Assembly: GCA_963717145.1 (NCBI GenBank)
Contig: OY970325.1
Span: forward strand, 1,888,001-1,952,000
From: an uncultured Armatimonadetes bacterium
GTDB lineage: Bacteria > Armatimonadota > UBA5829 > DTJY01
DNA length: 64,000 nt
Direction of reading: 5' to 3'
Position numbers and translations under genes: made by a program. Of the stretch, positions 1-10,042 are shown piece by piece; positions within the stretch are counted from its first letter, which is position 1, and every line of letters starts with the position of its first letter. A model generated the notes under the pieces. The model was not told where the DNA came from, did no database searches, and saw only the letters and a program-made list of their open reading frames with translations.

Positions 1-123
1 GTCAAGCGGAATCTTGACGAAGCTGCCGAACCTCGGCGGCGCGTGGAGCATGAAGCTCTCCGCCGTGAACTCCGAGGTGCTCGCCTCGATTATTTCGCCT
101 ATGAATTCCTGTTCGTTAGCCAT
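1..123 (-). CDS. HAS-barrel domain protein, NurA/HerA-associated (N-terminal part, runs off window)
   Basis: Manual translation from ATG at 123: MANEQEFIGEIIEASTSEFTAESFMLHAPPRFGSFVKIPLD. Resembles IGEVIE..T.EF.A...PP.FGS.V HAS-barrel proteins and lies directly downstream of nurA. Confidence 0.7.
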   Translation of the reverse strand, partial: MANEQEFIGEIIEASTSEFTAESFMLHAPPRFGSFVKIPLD

Positions 124-165
124 GGTGTTGAAGCTCTGATCTTGGCGCGCTTGGCGTCTTGGCGG

Positions 166-1434
166 TTAGTACCCCTTCGATATCCGCTTCAGGCTGCGGG
201 TGACCGGCGCGCCATGCTTGATGAGCGAGCGCTCGATCAACTCGTAAAACGCCCGGCGGTCCGGTCCCTGAACAACCGCCTTGTCGTGCGCCTCGGAGAG
301 CGCGACCGGATACCCGCGTCCCTTCGCCGCCTGGTCGTAGCAGACCGAGTGTACCAAGCCGAGGAGCTTCTCATCCTCCGCGACCCAGAGCGGTATCTCG
401 ATGCGCACGATTTCCTTATCGACGTTCAGGTAGAAGGCCCTGATGTCGTGTTCGCCGTAAGATGCGAGAATCCTTGATTGACTGGTGAAGATGACCGACC
501 GCTCGCCCTCACCGAGTCGCTGCTTGAAGACCATCCGGTCCGTCAACCTGCCGAGCTGTTCGCATGGTCGCTCGCCATCGGAATGCGGACACCGGTCACA
601 GTCGACCGAGGGCATGTCGCAGAGCATCACGCGCATCGAGTTGACGAAATCCCTGCTGCCCGGGTCGCTGATGTAACCCGCGATCGGGATGTTCAGGCCG
701 CGGGCGACTTCGAACGTGGCGAGGTACTCGTCGAGGATGCGCTGCTTGAAGTCGGGCGGCTCGTTCTCCAGGGACCAGCGGATGAGGCTGCCGTCCATGA
801 GGGCGACCACGGGGACGCCTTTGTCGGCGGCGTCGGCGATCGCGTGGAGCATCTCGAGGCTCTCGGCGGCGGTCCTGCGAATCCCCAGAAGCTTCTCGGC
901 GACCGGGACCTTCCGCCCACCGTACTCCTCGAAGATGTCCTCCTCACGGTAGCAAAGCTTCGGGACCGAACGGAACGTCGGTCGAGGAAGTCCCTGCGCA
1001 TGCAGTGGCCGTGCCTCTGTGCCGGCCTCACGCACCTGCGTGCCGACCTCACCCGTCGCTGGCCGGCACGGAGGCACGGCCACTACGGGTTGGCGCGGTC
1101 CGTAAAAGATGGTGACGCTCGATGTGTTGATGAGAAAGCACGACGCCGCCTCGTGCTTGTCCGACGCGATCTGAGAGCCGTCGACCGCGACGACGCCGTG
1201 CGGCAGCGTGCGTTCAGGGCACGGGAACGTCTTGTCGGGACAGTCGTCGAAGCTCGACAGCAGCCATGAGGTGCGCGCGTCCTTGATCCGACGCCTCGCG
1301 CTCTCGACGTCGGAGGCCATATCACGGATGACTCCATCAGCCTGGCGGAACTGCTCATCGAGTCCGATGATGGATTCGGCGCTCTCCCGTCCGAAGTCGT
1401 CTATGTCACGCAGGATCTTGGCAAGCTCAAGCAT
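166..1434 (-). CDS. nurA: NurA family 5'-3' nuclease, with an in-frame palindrome insertion
   Basis: VAVDGSQI, LMDGSLIRW and GRGYPVALSEAH motifs. Likely start MLELAKIL at 1434. Confidence 0.85.
   Translation of the reverse strand: MLELAKILRDIDDFGRESAESIIGLDEQFRQADGVIRDMASDVESARRRIKDARTSWLLSSFDDCPDKTFPCPERTLPHGVVAVDGSQIASDKHEAASCFLINTSSVTIFYGPRQPVVAVPPCRPATGEVGTQVREAGTEARPLHAQGLPRPTFRSVPKLCYREEDIFEEYGGRKVPVAEKLLGIRRTAAESLEMLHAIADAADKGVPVVALMDGSLIRWSLENEPPDFKQRILDEYLATFEVARGLNIPIAGYISDPGSRDFVNSMRVMLCDMPSVDCDRCPHSDGERPCEQLGRLTDRMVFKQRLGEGERSVIFTSQSRILASYGEHDIRAFYLNVDKEIVRIEIPLWVAEDEKLLGLVHSVCYDQAAKGRGYPVALSEAHDKAVVQGPDRRAFYELIERSLIKHGAPVTRSLKRISKGY
1002..1086. repeat. GTAG-type REPIN inserted inside nurA
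   Basis: Arms gcagtggccgtgcctctgtgccggcc (1002-1027) and ggccggcacggaggcacggccactac (1061-1086) are near-perfect reverse complements. Confidence 0.8.
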
Positions 1435-1513
1435 GGGGGTCACCAGTGTCGAGTGATGAGTGATCGTACCACTCACCCCGTCGCCCTGTCAACGCGCGGA
1501 CGGGAGGACCCTC

Positions 1514-1628
1514 CTATGGAGTGCGATGGCTCGACATCGCTTTGGTCCGGGGCGGCTCGACGCCCGCCGCGCAGAGCGGTGTCAAGCCACCGCACTCCAA
1601 AGCGACGTCGAGCCATCGCACTCCATAG
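1514..1628. repeat. REP-like inverted repeat (GGAGTGCG...CGCACTCC family)
   Basis: ctatggagtgcgatggctcgacatcgctttgg ... ccaaagcgacgtcgagccatcgcactccatag, with an extra internal half-unit agcggtgtcaagccaccgcactcc. Confidence 0.85.
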
Positions 1629-1642
1629 AGGCTGATTCTTCG

Positions 1643-1671
1643 TTGCGCGGCGGGGGTTCGCGTAGTATAAT
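1643..1671 (+). promoter_or_regulatory. sigma70-type promoter of tRNA-Leu
   Basis: TTGCGC-17 bp-TATAAT, about 30 bp upstream of the tRNA. Confidence 0.7.
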
Positions 1672-1700
1672 GGCGTAATTCCGGCGTGGTTGAGCGTTAC

Positions 1701-1784
1701 GGGCGAGTGGCGGAATGGCATACGCAGCGGACTTAAAATCCGCCGGGGAAACCCATGAGGGTTCGACTCCCTCCTCGCCCACCA
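1701..1784 (+). tRNA. tRNA-Leu (anticodon TAA)
   Basis: Acceptor stem GGGCGAG/CTCGCCC followed by ACCA, anticodon arm GCGGA-CTTAAAA-TCCGC, long variable arm, GGTTCGACTCC T-loop. Confidence 0.96.
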
Positions 1785-1788
1785 ATCC

Positions 1789-1820
1789 GAATGCGGAATT
1801 GGGAATGCGGAATGCGGAGT
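1789..1820. repeat. Heptamer tandem repeat (AATGCGG)n
   Basis: gaatgcggaattgggaatgcggaatgcggagt; a reverse-complement relative occurs at ~16985-17021. Confidence 0.6.
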
Positions 1821-1971
1821 TGTGGGAGGACGCGATGAGGAAGGTCGTGAAGGGCGCTGATGAGATCACTTCTTCGGTGGTCATGGAAAGATCCGCACCC
1901 TTGCCCCTCCGTTCGTCCCCGGCGTTCAACTCGATGAGAGGTCTCGGATTTCAGATGAGGTGGAGGCGATG

Positions 1972-3384
1972 ATGGCGAAGGTGAATACCCCGGAAGTGGA
2001 CGTGATCGTGATCGGCGCAGGCCCGGGCGGCTACGTGGCTGCGATTCGTGCGGCGCAACTCGGCGGCAAGGTCGTGATCGTTGAGAAAGGCGAACTCGGA
2101 GGAGTCTGCCTCAATCGCGGATGCATCCCGACCAAGGCAATGCTCGCCAGCGCCGACATGTACGACAACATGAAGAGCCACGCGGGCGACTTCGGCATCA
2201 AGCTGGCCGGCGAGGTCACTCTCGACTACGGCAAGGTTCGCGATCGGCGCGACAAGATCGTCAACCAACTCGTCACCGGCGTCGGATTCCTCCTCAAGAA
2301 ACACAACGTGCGCGTCATCAAGGGGACCGCGGCGCTCGTTTCCGCGAACACGGTCGAGGTGACACTCCCCGAGAGCGGGACGGAGAAAGTCACCGCGCGC
2401 AGCATCATCATCGCAACCGGCTCCGAGGCGGTCACAGTCCCCGTCCCCGGCCTTCAGGGCCGCAACATATGGGACAGCGACGCCGCGCTCTCGGCAACAG
2501 AAGTGCCGAAGCGGCTGCTCATCATCGGCGGCGGCGTCATCGGCGTCGAGTGGGGCTACATGTTCCGCAAGTTCGGCGCGGAGGTCAGCATCATCGAGAT
2601 GATGGACCAGATTCTTCCGCTCACGGACTCCGAGATCGCGAAGGACCTCAAGCGCATTCTCGAGAAGATGGGCATCAAGATCTTCCTCGGCTCGAAGGCC
2701 ACAAACGTCGACCACCAGAAGGCGGGGGAGATCGTCACGGTTGTCAACGCGGACTCGGAGGTCAACATGATCGCCGACAAGGTCCTCGTGGCGGTCGGGC
2801 GTCGCTCGGTCTGCGAGGGCCTCGGCCTCGATGCGGTTGGCGTCAAGACGGACAAGGGCAAGATCATCGCCGACGATCACATGCGGACGAGCGTCGCGGG
2901 CGTCTACGCGATCGGCGATGTCGTCGGCGGGATGCTCCTCGCGCACAAGGCCTCCGAAGAAGGCGTCGTCGCGGCCGAGAACTGCATGGGGAAGGACGCC
3001 CGGATGTCGTACAAGTCCGTCCCGGCGGCGGTGTATACGACACCCGAGGTCGCGACCGTCGGCATGACCGAGGAGCAACTCAAGGCGCAGGGCATCGAGT
3101 ACAAGGTCGGCAGCTTCCAGTTCCGCGCGAACGGCAAGGCACTCGGCATCGGCGAGCGCGAGGGTTACGTGAAGTTCCTCAGCGAACCGAAGTACGGCGA
3201 GATTCTCGGTTGCCACATCCTCGGTCCGCACGCGACCGACCTGATCCAGGAAGTGGTCATCGCGATGGACGCCGAAGCGACGATCGAAACGATCGCCCGC
3301 GCGATTCACGGCCACCCGACGCTCTCCGAAGTCACCAAGGAGGCCGCCCTCGATGTGGAGGGGATCGCGATCCACAAGGGGTAG
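1972..3384 (+). CDS. lpdA: Dihydrolipoyl dehydrogenase
   Basis: GAGPGGY FAD motif, GGVCLNRGCIP redox disulfide, GGGVIGVE NAD motif, HPTLSE catalytic motif. GGAGG RBS at 1962. Confidence 0.96.
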   Translation: MAKVNTPEVDVIVIGAGPGGYVAAIRAAQLGGKVVIVEKGELGGVCLNRGCIPTKAMLASADMYDNMKSHAGDFGIKLAGEVTLDYGKVRDRRDKIVNQLVTGVGFLLKKHNVRVIKGTAALVSANTVEVTLPESGTEKVTARSIIIATGSEAVTVPVPGLQGRNIWDSDAALSATEVPKRLLIIGGGVIGVEWGYMFRKFGAEVSIIEMMDQILPLTDSEIAKDLKRILEKMGIKIFLGSKATNVDHQKAGEIVTVVNADSEVNMIADKVLVAVGRRSVCEGLGLDAVGVKTDKGKIIADDHMRTSVAGVYAIGDVVGGMLLAHKASEEGVVAAENCMGKDARMSYKSVPAAVYTTPEVATVGMTEEQLKAQGIEYKVGSFQFRANGKALGIGEREGYVKFLSEPKYGEILGCHILGPHATDLIQEVVIAMDAEATIETIARAIHGHPTLSEVTKEAALDVEGIAIHKG

Positions 3385-3424
3385 CGGTCTCAGGACGACC
3401 CGTCAAGAGCAGGTCACACACAAG

Positions 3425-3925
3425 ATGGCCAACACGGCGTTTCGCCGAGTCTTTCTAGCGGTCTTGCCGATAGGCTTCGGCATGGGAGCGGCTGGCCTAA
3501 CTACTCACGGTATCTTCGTTGAGCTATTCCTCAGGCTGCATCCGTCGCCGGAGATTGGTGTGACGGTATCGCCCCTGGCTTTCTCTGCATGGTTGTTTTT
3601 CACGATGGGACTCAGTGCGTTTGCCGCCGGAGTAGCTGCGGCCTGGTTGGAGTGTTGGCAGAACGCAGGCCGCAAACTCGGTGGCTCGGTATGGATTTGG
3701 GATGTCCTTGGCGTGGTTGGCGGCTTTTTCCGGGGCTTGGTGGTGGAGCGTGGGATTTCAGGGATTTCGCCTCCTGGTGTGGCCGCTGTTCTTGCTTCAA
3801 CTGATCTTCATCCCGCTGGCTGGGATGGTTGGCAGGCGGCTGTCACAGCGCACCTGACCAACCTGATACGAAGGTATCATCTCGCGGAGCGGCGTACTTA
3901 TCCTCAGCAACAGATTCTCTCCTGA
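3425..3925 (+). CDS. Hypothetical membrane protein
   Basis: Three hydrophobic segments; fills the gap between lpdA and the BMP gene. The C-terminus is uncertain. Confidence 0.4.
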   Translation: MANTAFRRVFLAVLPIGFGMGAAGLTTHGIFVELFLRLHPSPEIGVTVSPLAFSAWLFFTMGLSAFAAGVAAAWLECWQNAGRKLGGSVWIWDVLGVVGGFFRGLVVERGISGISPPGVAAVLASTDLHPAGWDGWQAAVTAHLTNLIRRYHLAERRTYPQQQILS

Positions 3926-3939
3926 CAGGTGTTGAACGA

Positions 3940-4980
3940 ATGAACTGGCACTCAAGACTTCTCTCCGTTGTATCCGCCGTTCTCCTCGCGATTGCTGTCC
4001 TCGCCGCCGGATGCGCGAAGAGGCCCCAGCAGCCCGCCACTCAAACCGGCAAGATCAAGGCCGCAGTCGTCACCGATACGGGCGGGATCGGTGACCGCTC
4101 GTTCAACGCCATGACCTGGGCGGGCGTCCAACGCGCGGGCAAGGAACTCGGTGTCGGCGCGAAGTTCCTTGAATCGAAGGAGCAGGCCGACTACGCCTCG
4201 AACCTCAGCCGTTGTGCCGCGCAGGGATACGACGTCGTGTTCGCCGTCGGGTTCCTGATGGAGGACGCGATCGCAAAGGTCGCCCCGAAGCACCCGAAGA
4301 CGAAGTTCATCATCATCGACGGGAACGCCCCGGGCCTCCCGAATACAGCTTCCCTCAAGTTCCGCGAGGAGGAGGGATGCTTCCTCGCCGGCGCGCTCGC
4401 GGCGATGGTCTCGAAGACCGGCAAGGTCGGCTTCATCGGCGGCATGGAGTCCCCCGTGCTCAGCAGATTCGAGTCCGGGTACCAGGCCGGAGCGATCACT
4501 GCTCGCCGGGACGCGAAGGTGCTGGTCGCATACACCGGCCGGTTCGACGATCCCGCCAAGGGCAAGGAACTCGCGCTCGCGCAGTTCAGTCAGGGCGCGG
4601 ACATCATCATGCACGCGTCGGGCTCGTGCGGCCTCGGGGTCATCGAGGCGGCGAAACAGAAGGGCAAGGGCTTCTTCGCGATCGGCGTCGACGCCGACCA
4701 GGACTACATCGCGCCGGGACGAGTGCTCACCAGCATGATGAAGCGCGTCGATAACGCGGTCTTCTCGATGTGCAAGGATGTTGTCGAAGGCAAGTTCACC
4801 CCCGGCGACCACTCGTTCGGCCTGAGGGACGGCGGAGTCGGCCTCAGCCCGATGACTTACACGAAGAACGACATCCCCGCGGGCGACCTCGACAGGATCG
4901 AGGCCCTCAGGAAGCAGATCATCGAGGGCAGCATCAAGCCGCCCGATTCACTTAGAGCATTCAAGGAGTTCAAGCCATGA
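3940..4980 (+). CDS. BMP family (PnrA/TmpC-like) ABC substrate-binding lipoprotein
   Basis: Lipobox LAAGC; GGIGDRSFN, FREEEGCFLAG, IGVDADQD and SMMKRVD motifs. Confidence 0.92.
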   Translation: MNWHSRLLSVVSAVLLAIAVLAAGCAKRPQQPATQTGKIKAAVVTDTGGIGDRSFNAMTWAGVQRAGKELGVGAKFLESKEQADYASNLSRCAAQGYDVVFAVGFLMEDAIAKVAPKHPKTKFIIIDGNAPGLPNTASLKFREEEGCFLAGALAAMVSKTGKVGFIGGMESPVLSRFESGYQAGAITARRDAKVLVAYTGRFDDPAKGKELALAQFSQGADIIMHASGSCGLGVIEAAKQKGKGFFAIGVDADQDYIAPGRVLTSMMKRVDNAVFSMCKDVVEGKFTPGDHSFGLRDGGVGLSPMTYTKNDIPAGDLDRIEALRKQIIEGSIKPPDSLRAFKEFKP

Positions 4981-6074
4981 AGAGATACCTCATCGCCGTG
5001 TTGATAGCATTGATCTGCGCCTCGTCGGCGCTCGCGGGCACGTCGCCGGGCAAGGTCGGCGCGTACATGAACCTCAGCCGCACGCATTCGCCGGACGCTG
5101 AATCATTGAAGGCACTCGTCAATGAGGCCGCCGATGCGGGAATCCAGTTCCTGCTCCCCTATGCGCGAACCACCGAGGGGACGGCGTTCTACGACAGCAA
5201 CATCATGCCGCAGGTCCCGAGGGGCTACGACGCACTCGCTATCGTCATCGAGGCCGCGCACGCTCGCGGGATGGAGGTCCACCCCTGGTTCGTCGTCACC
5301 GCTGATGGGTACAACCAGATGTCGCCGATCCTGCGGGAGCATCCGGACTGGTGCATGGTGGACATCAACGGCAGGCGAGTGGCATGGCTCGATCCGTCAT
5401 CCCCCGAGGCTCGGCAGCACGTGGTCTCGGTCATGAAGGAGATCGCCGCGAACTACGATATCGACGGCATCAACCTCGACTACCTCCGCTATGCGACGCC
5501 CGGCCGATACTGCTTCTGCGAGCGATGCACAACCGCATTCAAGGAGCGATTCCACCTCGACGCCAAGGCCGCGAACAACGCCGAGCCGGGGTCCCTCGAC
5601 TGGGCGAAGTGGCGCTTGTGGAGATATCGGCAGACGAACCAGTTGATGCGCGAGCTTCGTGACGCCCTCAGGGAGGTCAAGCCCGAGGCGACCATGAGCG
5701 CGTACGTCTGGGGCGCTCAGTGCTACGGCAAGGGGTATAATATCTGCCAGGACTGGAAGACGTGGATGGATGAGGGGCAGCTCGACTGGGTGAACCCGAT
5801 GGGCTACTACTCGATCCGGCGGGAGTACCTGACCGCGGCGAGGTGGAACCGCGAGTTGACGACCGACATTCCGATGCACGTAACCCTGACACGATATTCC
5901 CGGCGCGACCCCAAGAGGTCTTTGGAGATTGCGAAGACTCAGATCCGTGACGCGATGGACCTCGGGGCAGACGGGATCGTCTTCTTCAACCTCGAATCGT
6001 TCCGCCCGATGCTGAAGAAGCTCTCGCCGCTTCTCCACGACGTGTCATCCGGCAAGCTGGATCACAAGCCGTAG
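4977..6074 (+). CDS. Secreted GHL10 (DUF187-like) glycoside hydrolase
   Basis: Signal peptide; AHARGMEVHPW, WLDPSSPE, YDIDGINLDYLRY and QDWKTW motifs. Confidence 0.85.
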   Translation: MKRYLIAVLIALICASSALAGTSPGKVGAYMNLSRTHSPDAESLKALVNEAADAGIQFLLPYARTTEGTAFYDSNIMPQVPRGYDALAIVIEAAHARGMEVHPWFVVTADGYNQMSPILREHPDWCMVDINGRRVAWLDPSSPEARQHVVSVMKEIAANYDIDGINLDYLRYATPGRYCFCERCTTAFKERFHLDAKAANNAEPGSLDWAKWRLWRYRQTNQLMRELRDALREVKPEATMSAYVWGAQCYGKGYNICQDWKTWMDEGQLDWVNPMGYYSIRREYLTAARWNRELTTDIPMHVTLTRYSRRDPKRSLEIAKTQIRDAMDLGADGIVFFNLESFRPMLKKLSPLLHDVSSGKLDHKP

Positions 6075-6202
6075 GGGCGGGCTTCCACGCCCTCCCGAAA
6101 CGTCACGCGTAGGGGCGTGCCTTGTGCCGCCAGATGCGCCATTGCGGGCGGCACAAGGCACGCCCCTACAGCCATCGGGCGGGCGTGGAAGCCCGCCCCT
6201 AC
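6071..6202. repeat. Nested pair of GTAG-type REPINs
   Basis: Outer GTAGGGGCGGGCTTCCACGCCC...GGGCGTGGAAGCCCGCCCCTAC; inner GTAGGGGCGTGCCTTGTGCCGCC (6109-6131) ... GGCGGCACAAGGCACGCCCCTAC (6147-6169). Confidence 0.9.
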
Positions 6203-8085
6203 GACCTACCTGCCACGCGTTCGTCGCCAACGCGGCGGGTAATGCGCTTCGAGTCGAAGTACTCGAGGAGCGGGACGGCGTACTTGCGGCTCGTCCCGGT
6301 GAGGTCGCGGAACTGGCTGACGGTGAGCTTCCCGTTCTCGTCGAGGAACCTGCGGACCGTCTCCTCCGCCTGCGTGACCGTCGATGCGTGCAGATACATC
6401 CCTTCCGCGATCTTCACGACCTCCCCGCGATGGATCAGCAGTTCGAGGATCTCCTTCGATTCGACCGGCGGGAGACCGGTCGCGCGAAGGAACTCATCGG
6501 CGTCCGGCACGTTCAGCCCCGCATCGAGGAGTGCGCGGGAGAGCGAATCGAGCGCGGACTGCTGCTTCGGAGTGAGACTCGGCTCGAAGTCAGGCAGCCG
6601 AACCGAGGTGTCCGAGGTCACGATCTGACCGCCCGACGCCAGATGTGCCAGGATGGACGAAAACGCCTTGTTGTCCAGACCCTTGCCGGCAGTGCCCCGG
6701 AGTTCCTCGCGCGATATACCCGGCTTGAGTGGATGCCTGGCGTGGAAATCGGACAGCGCGTCACTGATTCCCGAGGCGTACTTCGACAGGACCGACGCGT
6801 GCATCAGCCGCCCGCCGTCGAGTTCTATCGCCTTGCCCGCCTGCTTGAGTGCTTCCAGGTCGGATTCCGCCCCACCCTGCTTGAGCAACTCCTGTGCAGA
6901 TATCCCCGCCGTCGATTGCTTCAGCACTTGTTCGAGCAGTTCTTCGGGGGTACCCTTGCTCGAAGTGTCGAGCGATTCGATCGTGGCCTTGTCGAAGCGT
7001 TTGTGCCGCCGGGCACTCGGCTCGATGACGACTCCCCCGCCGATGGTAACCATCGGGGAATACGAGCGGATGACGAACCGATCGCCCTTGACGACCGCGG
7101 CCGGAGTCTCCGCCCTGAACTGCGCATATGCCTGCTCGCCGGGCTTCAGTTCATCGCGGTCGAGGAGCGTGAGCCTCCCAAGAATCTCGGCGGTCCCGGC
7201 ATGGAACCTGACGCGAGTGCGGTTCTTGAGGGGACGCGGCGCGTTCGCCAGCAGAGTCACCCGAACATCGGACAGCTTCGAGGCCTTGAGAGTCCCCGGC
7301 GGAGCGACAACATCACCCCTGGAGAGGTCGGCGACCTCCAGGCCCGCGAGATTCACCGCCACCCGAGTGCCCGCTTCGGCCCGCTCGACCTTCTGCCCGT
7401 GGACCTGGATCTGCCTGGCGCGCGATGTGAGTCCGGACGGCATCACCTCCACCGGATCGCCGACCCGAATCGTGCCCGATACGAGCGTGCCGGTGATGAC
7501 GGTCCCGAAGCCGGTGAGAGTGAACACGCGGTCGACCGGGATGCGGAACGGCCCCGATGAATCCCTGGCTTCGACCACCTCGGACGCGACCTGGAGGGCG
7601 TCGAGCAACTCGGGGACTCCGCGTCCCGTGGTGCTCGCGACGGGGATGATCGGCGCATCCTCGAGAAACGTGCCCTTGAGCCCTTCTCTCACGTCGTCCA
7701 CGACAACGCCGAGCCACTCCTCGTCCACCAGATCGGCCTTGGTGAGCGCGATGACTCCGCGCCCGACCTCCAGGAGTTGGAGGATCTCCAGGTGCTCGGT
7801 CGTCTGCGGCATGATCGACTCGTCGGCGGCGATCACCATCAGGGCGACATCGACCCCGCCCGCGCCGGCGAGCATGTTCTTGAGGAACCGCTCATGCCCG
7901 GGAACGTCGACGATCCCGACCTGCTGGCCGTTCGGGAGCGTGAGGGAGGCGAACCCGAGGTCGATCGTCATCCCGCGCTCCTGCTCCTCGCGCAGGCGGT
8001 CGGTGTTGACGCCCGTCAGCGCCTGGATGAGCGTCGTCTTTCCATGATCTACGTGACCGGCCGTGCCGATGATGATGTGCTTCAT
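6199..8085 (-). CDS. selB: Selenocysteine-specific translation elongation factor
   Basis: [36 protein letters not shown], and C-terminal winged-helix motif [13 protein letters not shown]. Confidence 0.96.
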   Translation of the reverse strand: MKHIIIGTAGHVDHGKTTLIQALTGVNTDRLREEQERGMTIDLGFASLTLPNGQQVGIVDVPGHERFLKNMLAGAGGVDVALMVIAADESIMPQTTEHLEILQLLEVGRGVIALTKADLVDEEWLGVVVDDVREGLKGTFLEDAPIIPVASTTGRGVPELLDALQVASEVVEARDSSGPFRIPVDRVFTLTGFGTVITGTLVSGTIRVGDPVEVMPSGLTSRARQIQVHGQKVERAEAGTRVAVNLAGLEVADLSRGDVVAPPGTLKASKLSDVRVTLLANAPRPLKNRTRVRFHAGTAEILGRLTLLDRDELKPGEQAYAQFRAETPAAVVKGDRFVIRSYSPMVTIGGGVVIEPSARRHKRFDKATIESLDTSSKGTPEELLEQVLKQSTAGISAQELLKQGGAESDLEALKQAGKAIELDGGRLMHASVLSKYASGISDALSDFHARHPLKPGISREELRGTAGKGLDNKAFSSILAHLASGGQIVTSDTSVRLPDFEPSLTPKQQSALDSLSRALLDAGLNVPDADEFLRATGLPPVESKEILELLIHRGEVVKIAEGMYLHASTVTQAEETVRRFLDENGKLTVSQFRDLTGTSRKYAVPLLEYFDSKRITRRVGDERVAGRS

Positions 8086-8193
8086 AAGATTCAAGGAGCA
8101 GAGGAGCAAAGGAGTCAAGGATTCAAGTCGCAAAGGGATGATGGAGCCATCTCCCGGTCTCCCACACTCCCATACTCCCACACTCCGCCCTCG

Positions 8194-8223
8194 TGGACAA
8201 GGTACGGTAAGTTTCGGTATAAT
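8194..8223 (+). promoter_or_regulatory. Putative sigma70 promoter of the folK-pilC operon
   Basis: TGGACA-18 bp-TATAAT. Confidence 0.5.
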
Positions 8224-8279
8224 ACCCGCGCGGACACTATATCACCTGAGCGGCTCTCAGGTCGAGAGGAGCGGGCGAG

Positions 8280-8792
8280 TTGGCGATCGTTTTTCTGGGG
8301 CTCGGATCGAACCTGGGTGACCCGAAGGCGAACCTCTGCGAGGCCGTCGAGAGGCTTTCCGCTCGTCCCGACCTCCGACTCGTGCGCGTATCCTCACTCT
8401 ACCTCACCGCTCCCGTCGGCTACACGGACCAGCCGGATTTCCTGAATGCCGCGGCGATCATCGAGACCGATCTCAGCCCGATCGACCTGCAGGCGTTCAC
8501 CAAGGAGATCGAGGACAATATGGGCCGCACGCGAAACTTCCGCTGGGGTCCGAGAGTCATAGATATTGACATACTACTCTATGATTCGGCTTCAATCAGC
8601 GATCCCGGCCTGACTATACCGCATCCGAGCATGATGGAACGAGCATTCGTCATGGAGCCGATGGCAGAGATCGCCCCCGATCTGGTACTGCCGGGCGGGA
8701 AGACGCCGGGAGAGATACTTCCGGAGTTGGGCGACCAGGGAGTAGTGAGACTGCCGGAGACCGATCAATGGCGATGTTCCGATATGAAGTGA
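8280..8792 (+). CDS. folK: 2-amino-4-hydroxy-6-hydroxymethyldihydropteridine pyrophosphokinase
   Basis: LGLGSNLGD, QPDFLNAA, RWGPRVIDIDILLY and LTIPHP motifs. Confidence 0.95.
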   Translation: MAIVFLGLGSNLGDPKANLCEAVERLSARPDLRLVRVSSLYLTAPVGYTDQPDFLNAAAIIETDLSPIDLQAFTKEIEDNMGRTRNFRWGPRVIDIDILLYDSASISDPGLTIPHPSMMERAFVMEPMAEIAPDLVLPGGKTPGEILPELGDQGVVRLPETDQWRCSDMK

Positions 8793-10042
8793 CGGATAGG
8801 ACCGGCAAGATGCTGTCCGGCGCGATGAGCGCCTCATCCGAGGCGGACGTGCGTCAGAAGCTGGCCTCGATGGGCTACTCGATTCGGCAGATCCTTGCGC
8901 CGCCGATGGACATCTCCGCCCAACCGAAGTCGGCGCCGCTTCCGGTGCCGGTACCCGTGCCCGTAACCACCGCTGGCCCGACTCAACGCACGACCGCCGC
9001 ACCAGGCGACCTCGTTGTCTTCTTCCGGCAGATACAGTCGCTGATGCAGTCCGGCATGAACCTCTACCAGGGGCTGATGGCGATCTACGGCCAGACCAGG
9101 CATTCGAGCATGCGCCGGATAATCGAGACCATGGCGGGCCGGGTGCAGGCAGGCGAGCGTCTCAGCCGGGCGATGTCGGAGTTCCCACGGGCATTCCCGC
9201 CACACGTTATCGGTGTCGTGGCCTCGGGAGAGGTCGGCGGGTTTCTCCCGGCGGTGCTCGGGGAGATCGCGCTCGACTACGAGATCGAGCAGCGGGCGTC
9301 GGTTCGCTGGCTGAAATGGACGCAGAGTCTGTTGTGGCTCAACTGCATAGCCACCATCTTTCTCGTACCGGCCATGCCGAACTTGCCGATAATCGCCAAG
9401 GATGGGCTTCCGGGCTACCTGCGCGCATATACCGCCGACGTCATGACGTACATCGTGCCGCCCCTCGCGATCGTCCTCATCGCATACATCGTGATCAAGG
9501 CGTTCCTGAGACGTCCCGAGATGCGTCTGGTCGCCCACGCGCTGGTGCTGAAGGTCCCAGTGATGGGCCGAGCCAGCCGTGAGAGATCGCTCGCGAACTT
9601 CTCGCGGATGCTCTGGCGGCTTCAGGCGTCGGGAGTCCTGCCGATTCAGGCGTGGGACACGGCTTCGATGGCGGCGAACAACGTCGTGGTCGCAACGAGA
9701 CTCCGCGGCCAGATCCCAGCGCTTCGCACGGGCGCCAGGCTCAGCCAGGCGATGCAGGCCACGAGGCTTTTCCGCGAGGATGATCGGCGACTCCTCGAGG
9801 TCGGCGAACTGTCCGGCCAGGCGCCGGACATCCTGCAGCGGGTGGCGATGTTCTACGAAGATGCCGCGCTGTCGTCCGCGGGACGGGTACGCGCCTACGG
9901 AATGGAACTCGCCGTAGTGGCGAATTTGCTCGTTCTTGGAGCGATGGGGATAAGTCAGCTCAAGTATATGTCGAATCTGCTCGACATGTTCGACGAGCGG
10001 AATCTCGAACCAATGATATGGCTACCTTTTCTTACAAAGTGA
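8768..10042 (+). CDS. Type II secretion F / PilC family platform protein (divergent copy)
   Basis: F.YEVTD..GK...G N-terminus, FFRQ...L..SG, GE.LS.AM...P..F and GELSG motifs. Confidence 0.8.
   Translation: MAMFRYEVTDRTGKMLSGAMSASSEADVRQKLASMGYSIRQILAPPMDISAQPKSAPLPVPVPVPVTTAGPTQRTTAAPGDLVVFFRQIQSLMQSGMNLYQGLMAIYGQTRHSSMRRIIETMAGRVQAGERLSRAMSEFPRAFPPHVIGVVASGEVGGFLPAVLGEIALDYEIEQRASVRWLKWTQSLLWLNCIATIFLVPAMPNLPIIAKDGLPGYLRAYTADVMTYIVPPLAIVLIAYIVIKAFLRRPEMRLVAHALVLKVPVMGRASRERSLANFSRMLWRLQASGVLPIQAWDTASMAANNVVVATRLRGQIPALRTGARLSQAMQATRLFREDDRRLLEVGELSGQAPDILQRVAMFYEDAALSSAGRVRAYGMELAVVANLLVLGAMGISQLKYMSNLLDMFDERNLEPMIWLPFLTK

Noticed and set aside
1701-1784. tRNA-Leu as an integration site
   Set aside because: No integrase nearby and I saw no duplicated tRNA 3' end in the window; lpdA follows directly.
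6199-8085. selB implying selenoprotein recoding in this window
   Set aside because: I found no CDS with an in-frame TGA at a Cys-equivalent position; the one internal stop seen is TAG.
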